A stretch of DNA of 64,000 nucleotides from an uncultured Rhodobacteraceae bacterium. GTDB lineage: Bacteria; Pseudomonadota; Alphaproteobacteria; Rhodobacterales; Rhodobacteraceae. The position numbers and the translations under genes are program-made. Below the pieces are notes generated by a model. That model saw only the letters and a list, made by a program, of their open reading frames with translations. It did not search any database and was not told where the DNA came from. Where the stretch lies: positions 4,635 to 68,634 of the forward strand of contig CALKJA010000011.1 of the NCBI GenBank assembly GCA_937995865.1. The letters are read 5' to 3'. Numbering within the stretch: position 1 is the first letter of the stretch; each line of letters opens with the position of its first letter. Shown here piece by piece: positions 49,921-58,988 of this stretch.

Positions 49921-50840
49921 ACAAGCCGCAGACCTTGGTGGGTGGTGGTGCTGTCCGGTGAATTGCCCATCCGCGCCGCAATTCTGTAGCGATAGCAATA
50001 GGATACATGGCAAAGGTAGGACCCGCCTTTCAAGAGCTTATACCCCCGCATTTGGGCTGCACGCGCTTTGATTTCGCGCTTTAGCGATGGCAGTCGAAAT
50101 GGTTCAGCGGTCCATTCCCAAACGTTCCCTAACATGTTGAAAACACCGTAAGAATTTGCGTCAAAGCTGAGCGTGGGGGCGGTGCCGTCAAAGCCATCAG
50201 CGGCTGTGTTGTGATCTGGAAAGTGACCCTGCCAGATGTTGCAGGGATACGGGCCGCCATCGCCGGGATGCACCATGCCCCAGCTATATGGCACGTCCGA
50301 TTGCCCGCCGCGCGCGGCATGTTCCCATTCCGCCTCACTTGGGAGCCGCCCACCGGCCCAAAGGGCATAGGCGCGAGCGTCGTTCCAGCTAATTTGCGTC
50401 ACAGGATGGGTGTCTGGATCTGGTGGCTCAGTGCCCGGCCCAAACGGCGCGCACCAATTTGCACCGTCAACCCGCCGCCACCAAGGGACGCCGGGTACGC
50501 TTTCAGTTCGCCCAATACTTTCAGGCACTTGTGAAGCAAAGACAAAAGACCAACCAAGGCGTTCGGCCTCTGTTGCATAGCCCGTTTCGGTGATGAACTG
50601 GGCGAATTGGGTGGTCGTGACAGTGCCGCGCTCCATCCAGAATTTGCGGATTTTGGTGCGCTTGAGCGGGCTTTCGCAATCTGCAGGAATGCCGGGATGA
50701 TCGGTGCCGATCCAGCCCGCCCCGCCGGGGATTTCCACGCAATCCCGTGCCGGTTTGCCAGATGGCAGATCCGGTAATTGAGTGGCGCGTCCTAAGGATC
50801 GGCTTGGTGCGCAGCATGGTTTCGCAGGGGTATCCGTCAT
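49896..50840 (-). CDS. Formylglycine-generating enzyme (sulfatase-modifying factor)
   Basis: HPVTQISWNDA, RLPSEAEWE, NIWQG, NMLGNVWEW, KGGSYLCHVSYCYRYR (both catalytic Cys). Confidence 0.9.
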   Translation of the reverse strand: MTDTPAKPCCAPSRSLGRATQLPDLPSGKPARDCVEIPGGAGWIGTDHPGIPADCESPLKRTKIRKFWMERGTVTTTQFAQFITETGYATEAERLGWSFVFASQVPESIGRTESVPGVPWWRRVDGANWCAPFGPGTEPPDPDTHPVTQISWNDARAYALWAGGRLPSEAEWEHAARGGQSDVPYSWGMVHPGDGGPYPCNIWQGHFPDHNTAADGFDGTAPTLSFDANSYGVFNMLGNVWEWTAEPFRLPSLKREIKARAAQMRGYKLLKGGSYLCHVSYCYRYRIAARMGNSPDSTTTHQGLRLVYDEPPQP

Positions 50841-50920
50841 CCGCAAACCGTCGCTTAAGCCGCGCGCGTTAACAAGGGCGCTCGCACCCTTAAGATCGTC
50901 GTTTCGGCGCAAAATTGCAG

Positions 50921-50961
50921 GGGCACAACCGATACACATCCCATGCACATTCGATATGGCT
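50921..50961. repeat. 41-bp dispersed element, copy 2 (GCACAACCGAT/ACACATCCCAT/GCACATTCGAT)
   Basis: GGGCACAACCGATACACATCCCATGCACATTCGATATGGCT; 37/41 identical to 5714-5754. Confidence 0.85.
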
Positions 50962-51017
50962 TGGGTTTAGCCCCAAAAGGTTAAGAATTTCGTTAAGGTT
51001 TTATGACCAAGCTTCGG

Positions 51018-54000
51018 TTACAAATCCAATTTAAGCTCACCATTCGGATCCGCCGCGCGGGATTGGCAAGTGATGATCCGCGACGTTCGTTGCGCGCGTG
51101 ACAGTACAAAATCGCGGTGTTCAACATCGCCCGCCAACACAGTGCATTGGCAGACGCCGCACAAACCATCCGCACATTTCACGTCCACTGGAATGCCTGC
51201 GCGAAGCAACGCATCCGAAAGCGGCTCATCAGCGGCGACCTGCACCGTTTGGTCGGACGTCACCAAATGCGCCGTGAATGGGTGGTTCTCATACTCGGGA
51301 AGCTCCGGAACTGAGAAGTATTCAAGATGCTTGGCCGCATCGGGGAAATCGCGGGCCGCATCCATGACGGCGGCCATATAGGCCTCGGGCCCGCAGGTAT
51401 AGATATGGGGACCCAGCGCTGCGCCGTCCCATCGCGCGGCATGGGGAGCACAGATTGCAGAAAGATCCGCGCGCGTGCCCTCGTCAGAGATATGCAGATG
51501 CAAGTGATTGGCCCAAGGCGCAGCCGCGATTTCATCCAAATAGGCTGCTGCGGCCCGGGTGGACACAGAGTAATGCAGCGCGAAATCGCAGCCCAGCGCA
51601 TGCAGCCTGTGCGCCATTGCGATCATGGGCGTCACCCCGATGCCGCCGCCCATAAGGAGCGAATAGGGGGCGCCTTCGACCAAAGGGAAATGGTTGATCG
51701 GTTTTGAGATGAACACTTTGCGCCCGGGTGTGAAGATCCGGTGCAACAGAGCCGATCCGCCGCGCCCCTCATCTTCGCGCAGCACACCGATTTCATAGGT
51801 GCTGCGGTCTGCGGGATTGCCGGACATTGAGTATTGCCGGAGATATTCAGGCGCCACGACGATATCAAGATGCGCGCCCGCGTCCCATTCGGGAAGCTGC
51901 GCGTCGTCAAGCGCGCGTAGGGTGTATTTTGTGATGGTGGGCGAAAGCACGGTGGCTTGCGCGATTTCCACGCGCAGGACGGGGCTGCCTTGATCGCTTG
52001 CGTAAACATGGGCGGGGCCGCCCGAGGCGCGATAGTCTTTTGCGCTGACCATTGATTGATAGGCTTCGATCCCGGCCTCCCGGTCCATCGGAAACGGGTA
52101 AGGGTAGGGTGGCGGCGCAAGCGGGGCGGGATAAACGGCGAGCGTCTGATCTTCGTAGGTCAGGTTCAGATCCGGCGAGAGGCTGCGCGTGTTAACGGGT
52201 TTGCGCGTGGGGGCGTATCCGCCAGCTTCGGTCAGTTCCAGATCCCACCACCATTTCTTGACCGGGTTCAGGCCGCCATTACCCAATCGATCGTCCAACC
52301 GGGCCAGCAGTGGTGCGGCTTTGGGAGCGTTCATGGCAAGCCAGCGCGCGGGGGCTTCAGCAAAGAGACCTTCGAGGTTCCAAGGGCAGGTTTTCATGCA
52401 ACGCCCACACATCGCGCCGCCTTCTGTGGTGATCCGATATGTGGCGCATTTCTGGCTGTCGGATTTCCAGATTTCATAGCCGTTGAACATCAGTTTCGGT
52501 CCGGCGGTGATCGCGCCTGACGGGCACTCGCGAGCGCATTTGTTACAAGCCTCGCAAAAGGATTGCAGGCCAAAGTCGATGGGTTTGTCATGGGCCAGCG
52601 GCATGGTGGTTGTCACAACGCCTGATTTTAAGCGCGGGCCCAGAAACGGGTTGAGGATCACCTCACCAATCCGCGAGACTTCGCCCAACCCCGACAGCAG
52701 CAAGAGCGGCGGTTGCAGGACATCGCCGTCAATCACGGTATGGGATTTCGCCTCATAGCCCAACCCGCGGATCGTTGCGGCCACGACGCCGCCCAAAAGA
52801 GAGAAGCGCAGATAGGCGCGCATGGATTGTGCTACCGATATCCAATCATCGCCGGAGGCGCCCTCCATGCTTTCAAATCCCTGATCGACGATCATGGAAA
52901 TGGCTTGGTCGTGGGGCGGGGTAATCGGCTCGCCCAGCGCGTTGTGCGAATACCATGCCCAGTCAGGGCAGCGCGAGGTGCCGATAGCATCAACGCCAAG
53001 GAAGTATCCAAGCGCTTTGATCGCGTCAGTGTTGGCTTGTGCGTCTCGGGTGGTTTTGCTGCCGCCGGGTTGTGCCGCCACTGGCCCCGATTGCAGCAGC
53101 GTGAAGGCCCCCAGCATCCGACGCTGGGCGGCAGATGGGGCCGATTTTCGCACGTATTTACCACCAGTCGCTTCGGCCTGGAGGGCTTTGCCCATATCTC
53201 CGAACTGAGCGCGCGCGAACATATCCGTGCGTTTGGGCACGCGCGGGATCGCGGGCTCATCCATATAAGTTGTGGGTGTGTCTTGGCGTTTTAGCGTTTC
53301 AAAAGGGTGCGGGCCCGCGGCAAAGTCTCGTTTGGCGAACGGGTGCAGGTTGAGCGCGCTGCGAGCTTGTGCCCCAGTCCACCACGCCAGGGGCGACTTT
53401 ACCGTGGCCAAGGGCGCGTCGTGGGAGATCTCAAATGTGGTCGTAACAGCCGCCAACCCATACCCGTGCCGCGCAAACGCAGCCCGGCCTTTTGCGTCAA
53501 TGAGCCCGGCGGCATGGGCCAATGTTGGCAGGCAGACATCCGTTGAGGTGGCTGTGTGCGCTTTGGCGTCATGGCCCAGCAGCCGTAGATATTGCGCAAT
53601 AACAACGGCGGTTTCCGTGGCGCGCAAGGCCGCGCGCGCCTCATGCGCGCTGTCCAACCACTCTGCGCCTGGTTCTTGCGGCCGCAAGGGGCGGGGGTGC
53701 TCGTAAAGAAAGACGATGCAATGGTCATGGCCCGCAATCGTAGACGGGGGCGCGTCCATCGCATCGCGCAGATCGGCCATGATCAGATCAATCCCCGAGG
53801 CCAAAGTTGCCGTCTGTTGCGTGCGCAACGTCTGAGCCAAATGATCAATGCCGGGGTTGCGCAGGGGCATGTCTAGCAGAGCCGCCTTTGGCACCCGTCC
53901 ACAGCCCACCTGATCGGCATCTGAGAAATAGCCAAATGCTTTGAGATGATTGGCGCGCTCCTGTGGGTTTTGTGGGCAATCTGCAACCGTGCGGTTCACA

Positions 54001-54191
54001 AGCCCATCTCGGATCGCATCCATCATCGCCTGATATTCGCTCATTGCCGCAGCAAGCGGCGCAAAGCTTGGCGTGGCGGGCGGCCGGTGCTTGGGCCCAA
54101 CATAGGGCGCGTCAGCTTGCGTGCGCTGCAACGCTTCCAAAGGGAAGGGCCCAAGATGAACGGGCCGCGATTTAGCAGAGCGAAGTTTCAT
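51018..54191 (-). CDS. Catabolic reductive dehalogenase fused to FMN/NAD(P)H reductase and 2Fe-2S domain (BhbA-type)
   Basis: SGLGEVSRIG, NPFLGPRLKS, FCEACNKCARECP and CGRCMKTCPW (two 4Fe-4S motifs); then RQYS, GRGGS, GGGIGVTPM, YTCGP, CADGLCGVC...TC. Confidence 0.88.
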   Translation of the reverse strand: MKLRSAKSRPVHLGPFPLEALQRTQADAPYVGPKHRPPATPSFAPLAAAMSEYQAMMDAIRDGLVNRTVADCPQNPQERANHLKAFGYFSDADQVGCGRVPKAALLDMPLRNPGIDHLAQTLRTQQTATLASGIDLIMADLRDAMDAPPSTIAGHDHCIVFLYEHPRPLRPQEPGAEWLDSAHEARAALRATETAVVIAQYLRLLGHDAKAHTATSTDVCLPTLAHAAGLIDAKGRAAFARHGYGLAAVTTTFEISHDAPLATVKSPLAWWTGAQARSALNLHPFAKRDFAAGPHPFETLKRQDTPTTYMDEPAIPRVPKRTDMFARAQFGDMGKALQAEATGGKYVRKSAPSAAQRRMLGAFTLLQSGPVAAQPGGSKTTRDAQANTDAIKALGYFLGVDAIGTSRCPDWAWYSHNALGEPITPPHDQAISMIVDQGFESMEGASGDDWISVAQSMRAYLRFSLLGGVVAATIRGLGYEAKSHTVIDGDVLQPPLLLLSGLGEVSRIGEVILNPFLGPRLKSGVVTTTMPLAHDKPIDFGLQSFCEACNKCARECPSGAITAGPKLMFNGYEIWKSDSQKCATYRITTEGGAMCGRCMKTCPWNLEGLFAEAPARWLAMNAPKAAPLLARLDDRLGNGGLNPVKKWWWDLELTEAGGYAPTRKPVNTRSLSPDLNLTYEDQTLAVYPAPLAPPPYPYPFPMDREAGIEAYQSMVSAKDYRASGGPAHVYASDQGSPVLRVEIAQATVLSPTITKYTLRALDDAQLPEWDAGAHLDIVVAPEYLRQYSMSGNPADRSTYEIGVLREDEGRGGSALLHRIFTPGRKVFISKPINHFPLVEGAPYSLLMGGGIGVTPMIAMAHRLHALGCDFALHYSVSTRAAAAYLDEIAAAPWANHLHLHISDEGTRADLSAICAPHAARWDGAALGPHIYTCGPEAYMAAVMDAARDFPDAAKHLEYFSVPELPEYENHPFTAHLVTSDQTVQVAADEPLSDALLRAGIPVDVKCADGLCGVCQCTVLAGDVEHRDFVLSRAQRTSRIITCQSRAADPNGELKLDL

Positions 54192-54306
54192 GCGCAGAGC
54201 GTCTCTTTATGCGAGCCGCGGCGCAAGCCGATAGTTAGTTCGCCGGCTAAGCGCAGCCATTAAAACCCAGTGGTCACAGCGCCAGCGCGCATGCTTGTGA
54301 CGGTCG

Positions 54307-54666
54307 CTAGGGTACTGAGTGCTCAACCAGCGTTTCAAAGGTACCGTAGATCAGCCGTTTGCCGTCGATGATCCCGTCAAGCACGATGGCCGCCATGCGT
54401 GGATCGTCATAGATCGCCGCTTCACAGGCATCTCGGGTTGCACGGTCTGGATATTCAACAAATGACAAAACCACGGTTTCATCCTCGGCCAGCGCGATCG
54501 CGCGGGGAAAGGATGTGGACGCCCCATGAGGCACCTGCGCTCCCCAGTTCTCGGTGACGCGGGTGGCTCCATGGCTGCAATACACCTCGGCGCTGATCCG
54601 GGCGGCGTCCCTGTAGTCTTCTTTGCGGGCGGTTTTTACGGGGATGACGAAACCATCGATGAACAT
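54307..54666 (-). CDS. DUF1428 (YbaA-like) protein
   Basis: FIDGFVIPV, TSFPRA, ETVVLSFVEYPDRATRD, DGKRLIYGTF; GGAGG RBS. Confidence 0.88.
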   Translation of the reverse strand: MFIDGFVIPVKTARKEDYRDAARISAEVYCSHGATRVTENWGAQVPHGASTSFPRAIALAEDETVVLSFVEYPDRATRDACEAAIYDDPRMAAIVLDGIIDGKRLIYGTFETLVEHSVP

Positions 54667-54969
54667 GCGCTGACCCTCCAATTTGTCCTACCTGCATTAG
54701 ACTATGCCGCGCCCGGTCCGGTCAATGCACCGACCGGACACTGCGCTGTGTCGCCATTGCGACCTTGGGCAATAGACCATCGGCAATTGACCGCGCGTGG
54801 TTGAAATACTCTGAAACCTCCCCCTATGCGGGACTGGACAGCAGGCTAAGGCACATTTACGCCCTCGTCCCAACGGAGCTGACGATGCGCAGTGCATGTC
54901 CTCAAGCTCTGATCAAAGCGAAGCGGGCTCAGACCCGCCCGCAAAAAGCGGCAGCAGCAGGAGGTCTTT

Positions 54970-56310
54970 ATGGTCCAGAAACTATTTGGCACAGATGGCA
55001 TACGCGGTGAAGCAAACACCTATCCCATGACGCCAGAGACCGTGCTGCGGCTCGGCGCCGCTGCGGGCCGCTATTTTCGGCGTGAGGGCCGCAAGCCCAC
55101 GGCGCTTATCGGTAAAGACACCCGTCGTTCAGGCTATATGCTGGAGACGGCGCTGGCGGCGGGCTTCACTTCAACAGGGATGGACGCCACGTTCTTGGGC
55201 CCGGTGCCAACACCCGCTGTTGGGATGCTGACACATTCAATGCGGGCTGATGTGGGCGTGATGATTTCCGCCTCGCACAACCCGCACCAAGATAATGGAA
55301 TCAAATTCTTTGGGCCGGATGGTTTTAAGCTCAGCGATGAGGCCGAAGCCGAAATTGAGGCGCTGTATCATGCGGGTGTTGACCTATGCGCGCCCATGCG
55401 GATTGGCCGTGCTGCACGGATCGAAAGTGCGACGGGCCGCTATGTTGAAGTTGTCAAAAGCACGTTGCCCAAGGGCTTGGCGCTTGAAGGCCTCAAAGTT
55501 GTGATCGATTGCGCCAATGGCGCAGGCTACAAAGCTGCGCCGCAGGTGCTTTGGGAATTAGGCGCTGAGGTCACGGCGATCGGCACGGAACCCAATGGGT
55601 ATAACATCAACAAGGAATGCGGATCGACCGCACCGGGCGCATTGGCCGCCAAGGTACAAGAGATCGGTGCAGATGTTGGCATCGCGCTGGATGGGGATGC
55701 AGACAGAATTATTCTAAGCGACGAACAGGGTGTTATCGCAGACGGTGATCAACTCATGGGTTTGATCGCAGGACGTTGGGCGGCATCCGGGCAGCTTAAA
55801 GGCGGCACGCTTGTCTCAACGGTGATGTCCAATCTTGGGCTTGAGCGCTGGCTCCAAGGGCAGGGCATTACCTTGCTGCGCACCGGCGTAGGCGACAGGT
55901 ACGTTGTCGAAGCGATGCGCGCGGGCGGTTTCAATCTGGGCGGTGAGCAATCTGGGCACATCGTTATGAGCGACCACGCCACCACTGGCGACGGTCTGTT
56001 GGCGGGCTTGCAGTTCTTGCGTGCGATGGTTGAGACAGGCCAGCCCGCGAGCGCATTGGCCCGCGTGTTTGAACCATGCCCCCAGCGGCTTGAGAATGTG
56101 CGCTACGGTGCAGGGCTTGAGCCATTGGCCGCGACAAGCGTCAAAAAGGCGATCGCAGAGGCGGAGGCGGCGCTTGTTGGTCAGGGGCGGCTCTTGATCC
56201 GCAAATCCGGGACAGAACCGTTGATCCGGGTCATGGCCGAGGCTGAAGATGAAACGCTATTGACCCGCGTGGTCGACGATGTGGCTGGGGCCGTCCGCGC
56301 CGCCCTTTAA
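54970..56310 (+). CDS. glmM: Phosphoglucosamine mutase
   Basis: [51 protein letters not shown]. Confidence 0.96.
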   Translation: MVQKLFGTDGIRGEANTYPMTPETVLRLGAAAGRYFRREGRKPTALIGKDTRRSGYMLETALAAGFTSTGMDATFLGPVPTPAVGMLTHSMRADVGVMISASHNPHQDNGIKFFGPDGFKLSDEAEAEIEALYHAGVDLCAPMRIGRAARIESATGRYVEVVKSTLPKGLALEGLKVVIDCANGAGYKAAPQVLWELGAEVTAIGTEPNGYNINKECGSTAPGALAAKVQEIGADVGIALDGDADRIILSDEQGVIADGDQLMGLIAGRWAASGQLKGGTLVSTVMSNLGLERWLQGQGITLLRTGVGDRYVVEAMRAGGFNLGGEQSGHIVMSDHATTGDGLLAGLQFLRAMVETGQPASALARVFEPCPQRLENVRYGAGLEPLAATSVKKAIAEAEAALVGQGRLLIRKSGTEPLIRVMAEAEDETLLTRVVDDVAGAVRAAL

Positions 56311-56337
56311 AAGGCAGCACTTTTCCCGCAACGGGTG

Positions 56338-56378
56338 AAGGCTTTTGCAAAAGCCTTAAATTCCTTTTCAAGGAATTT
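56338..56378. repeat. Two abutting palindromes: AAGGCTTTTGCAAAAGCCTT and AAATTCCTT-TTC-AAGGAATTT
   Basis: Perfect 20-bp palindrome (56338-56357) directly followed by a 9-bp inverted repeat (56358-56378). Confidence 0.75.
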
Positions 56379-56500
56379 GTGCGGCTTCGGGTCGAGCGCC
56401 AGAAATTGCGAAACGAGGTTAAAAACCGTCAACCGCTTAACCCGAAATTCACCAGCATGACCCTAGCTTGTCCTCACCATGCGGCAGTTGAGGACGGGTT

Positions 56501-57079
56501 ATGCAAATTGAACAAACGCGGCTTGCGGGGGTGAAAATCATCCGGCCCAAGCGCATCACAGACACGCGCGGTCACTTCCAAGAAAGTTGGCACGCCGCGA
56601 AATTTGCCCAAGCGGGTTTGGGTTTGAATTTCGTACAGGAAAACCAATCTTTCAGCCGCCGCGCTGGAACTTTGCGGGGGCTGCACTATCAAGCCCCACC
56701 TTATGCGCAGGACAAATTGGTGCGCGTCGTCACTGGCGAGATCATGGACGTTGCTGTGGATGCGCGCCACGGGTCTGCCACCTATGGGCAATGGACCTGC
56801 GCTGTGTTGAGCGCGACCAATGGCCGTCAAATGTTAGTGCCGCAAGGCTTCTTGCATGGCTTTGTCACGCTGATGCCAAACACCACTGTGATCTATAAAG
56901 TTACCGCTGCGTATGCGCCCGAATGTGACGGTGCCGTCCGTTTCGATGACCCGGCTTTGGGGATCGACTGGGGGGTGCCCAAATCAGCCATTCTTATGTC
57001 TGAAAAAGACGCCGCGGCCCCTGCATTCACCGAATGGGAATCGCCCTTCCTTGACACTGGCATGGGGGCAGCAGCATGA
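56501..57079 (+). CDS. rfbC: dTDP-4-dehydrorhamnose 3,5-epimerase
   Basis: DTRGHF, FVQENQS, LRGLHYQ, AQDKLV, DVAVD, GFLHGF. Confidence 0.95.
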   Translation: MQIEQTRLAGVKIIRPKRITDTRGHFQESWHAAKFAQAGLGLNFVQENQSFSRRAGTLRGLHYQAPPYAQDKLVRVVTGEIMDVAVDARHGSATYGQWTCAVLSATNGRQMLVPQGFLHGFVTLMPNTTVIYKVTAAYAPECDGAVRFDDPALGIDWGVPKSAILMSEKDAAAPAFTEWESPFLDTGMGAAA

Positions 57080-58131
57080 AAATCCTCATCACTGGCGGGG
57101 CCGGTTTCATCGGCAACCGGGTAGTGCGCAAGGCGCTTGAGCGTGGGCATAGCGTCGTGAATGTGGATGCGTTGACCTATGCCGCTTCAATCTCGAGCGT
57201 TTGGGAGCTGGAGGATGCGCCGGGCTATTCGCTGCACGCGCTCGATATCTGCGACCGCACCGCTTTGGAGCACATTTTTTCAAAGGAGCGCCCGGATGCG
57301 GTGATGCACCTCGCTGCGGAAAGTCATGTTGACCGCTCGATTGAGGATCCTTCGGCCTGTGTGTCTACAAATATCACCGGCACTTTCACGCTGCTTGAAG
57401 CCGCGCGCGCCTATTGGCATGAATCAGATCAGCCCACAGACTTTCGGTTTCATCACATCTCAACCGATGAGGTTTACGGTACGCTGGGGCGCGCGGGACG
57501 CTTCACCGAAGACACCCGCTATGCACCCAACAGCCCATATTCCGCGTCCAAGGCAGCCTCTGATCACCTCGTACGGGCGTGGCACCAAACCTATGGTCTG
57601 CCAGTGCTCACCTCGCATGGCTGCAACACGTACGGTCCGTGGCAATATCCCGAAAAGCTTATTCCGATGACGCTGCTGCGGGCCCTCGCAGGAGAGGCGA
57701 TCCCGATCTATGGAAAGGGAACCCAAAGCCGCGAATGGCTGCACGTGGATGACCACGCGGCGGCGCTCTTGGATATTGTCGAAGGCGGCACCCCTGGCGA
57801 AGTGTATAACATCGCGGGCGAGCCAGAAGTACGTAACGTGGATCTTGTGCGCGCTTTGTGCCGTTTGCTGCAACTGCGCAAACCAGCGCCTTTGCCGTAT
57901 AGTCGGCTGATCTGCCATGTTGAGGATCGTCCGGGCCATGACTTTCGATATGCCACAGACGATACCAAGCTGCGCGAGGCTTTGGGTTGGCACCCAAAAA
58001 TTGCATTGGAAGCAGGCCTTGCAGACACAATTGATTGGTATCTAAGCCACAATAGTTGGTGGCAACCACTGGCTAAAAATGCAACCGCACGGCGCGGTTT
58101 GGTCCACCAGAGCGGGCAGGTGGCGGCATGA
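57076..58131 (+). CDS. rfbB: dTDP-glucose 4,6-dehydratase
   Basis: TGGAGFIG, HLAAESHVDRSI, HISTDEVYG, YSASK, DRPGHDFRY. Confidence 0.95.
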   Translation: MKILITGGAGFIGNRVVRKALERGHSVVNVDALTYAASISSVWELEDAPGYSLHALDICDRTALEHIFSKERPDAVMHLAAESHVDRSIEDPSACVSTNITGTFTLLEAARAYWHESDQPTDFRFHHISTDEVYGTLGRAGRFTEDTRYAPNSPYSASKAASDHLVRAWHQTYGLPVLTSHGCNTYGPWQYPEKLIPMTLLRALAGEAIPIYGKGTQSREWLHVDDHAAALLDIVEGGTPGEVYNIAGEPEVRNVDLVRALCRLLQLRKPAPLPYSRLICHVEDRPGHDFRYATDDTKLREALGWHPKIALEAGLADTIDWYLSHNSWWQPLAKNATARRGLVHQSGQVAA

Positions 58132-58988
58132 GCATTCTTGTGTTTGGAGCCACTGGGCAGGTGGGGCGCGCATTGTCTGAGCGGCCCGATGTGATCGCTT
58201 TGCCCCGTGGGCGGGCAAATCTGAGAGATCCATCCAGCTGTGCCAAAGCGATCCAAGATATCGCACCGCGCGCGGTGATCAATGCGGCGGCCTTTACGGA
58301 TGTAAACGGGGCAGAACACGCAGCCTCAACAGCTCACATGATCAACGCGCATGCACCAGACGCAATGGCACGCGCCTGTGCTCAAGAGGGTGTGCCCTTG
58401 GTGCAGCTTTCTACGGACTATGTCTTTGCCGGTGACGGGCACGCGCCGAGGCCGCCCTGTGCGAAAACGGCACCGCTTCAGGTTTACGGCCAATCGAAAT
58501 TGGCTGGTGAGGATGCCGTTCGCGGCGCGGGTGGGGCTCATGCGATCTTGCGAACAAGCTGGGTCTTTGCGGCTTGGGGCCACAACTTCATGCAAACCAT
58601 GTTGCGGGCAGGCGCCACGCGAAAACGGGTGTCTGTGGTTGCCGATCAGATTGGCGGACCAACACCTGCCCCGGTTTTGGCGGAAGCATGCTATGCCATT
58701 GCGCACCAATTGATCACCGCGCCTGAGAAAAGCGGCACCTACCATTTCACCGGTGCTGAGGCGGTCAGCTGGGCGGATTTCGCACGGGCTATCTTTTTCG
58801 CAGCCCAGATGGATGTTGAGGTGATGGGCATTCCGACAACGGCCTATCCTACACCTGCCGCACGCCCCTGTAACAGCCGGCTTGATTGCAGCTCGACGCT
58901 TGCCACGTTTGGCCTGCGCCAACCTGATTGGCGCCTGTGCCTGCCCGGCATGACGCGCCTTGTTCAAGCAACGCGGAGGGCCGCGTGA
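58128..58988 (+). CDS. rfbD: dTDP-4-dehydrorhamnose reductase
   Basis: GATGQVG, NAAAFTDV, STDYVF, YGQSKLAGE, DQIGGPT. Confidence 0.95.
   Translation: MSILVFGATGQVGRALSERPDVIALPRGRANLRDPSSCAKAIQDIAPRAVINAAAFTDVNGAEHAASTAHMINAHAPDAMARACAQEGVPLVQLSTDYVFAGDGHAPRPPCAKTAPLQVYGQSKLAGEDAVRGAGGAHAILRTSWVFAAWGHNFMQTMLRAGATRKRVSVVADQIGGPTPAPVLAEACYAIAHQLITAPEKSGTYHFTGAEAVSWADFARAIFFAAQMDVEVMGIPTTAYPTPAARPCNSRLDCSSTLATFGLRQPDWRLCLPGMTRLVQATRRAA

Noticed and set aside
51018-54191. Respiratory RdhA or epoxyqueuosine reductase QueG
   Set aside because: No Tat leader or RdhB; 1057-aa length and reductase fusion fit the catabolic class.
54192-54306. Cobalamin riboswitch upstream of the dehalogenase
   Set aside because: Spacer is only ~115 bp and I see no B12-box.
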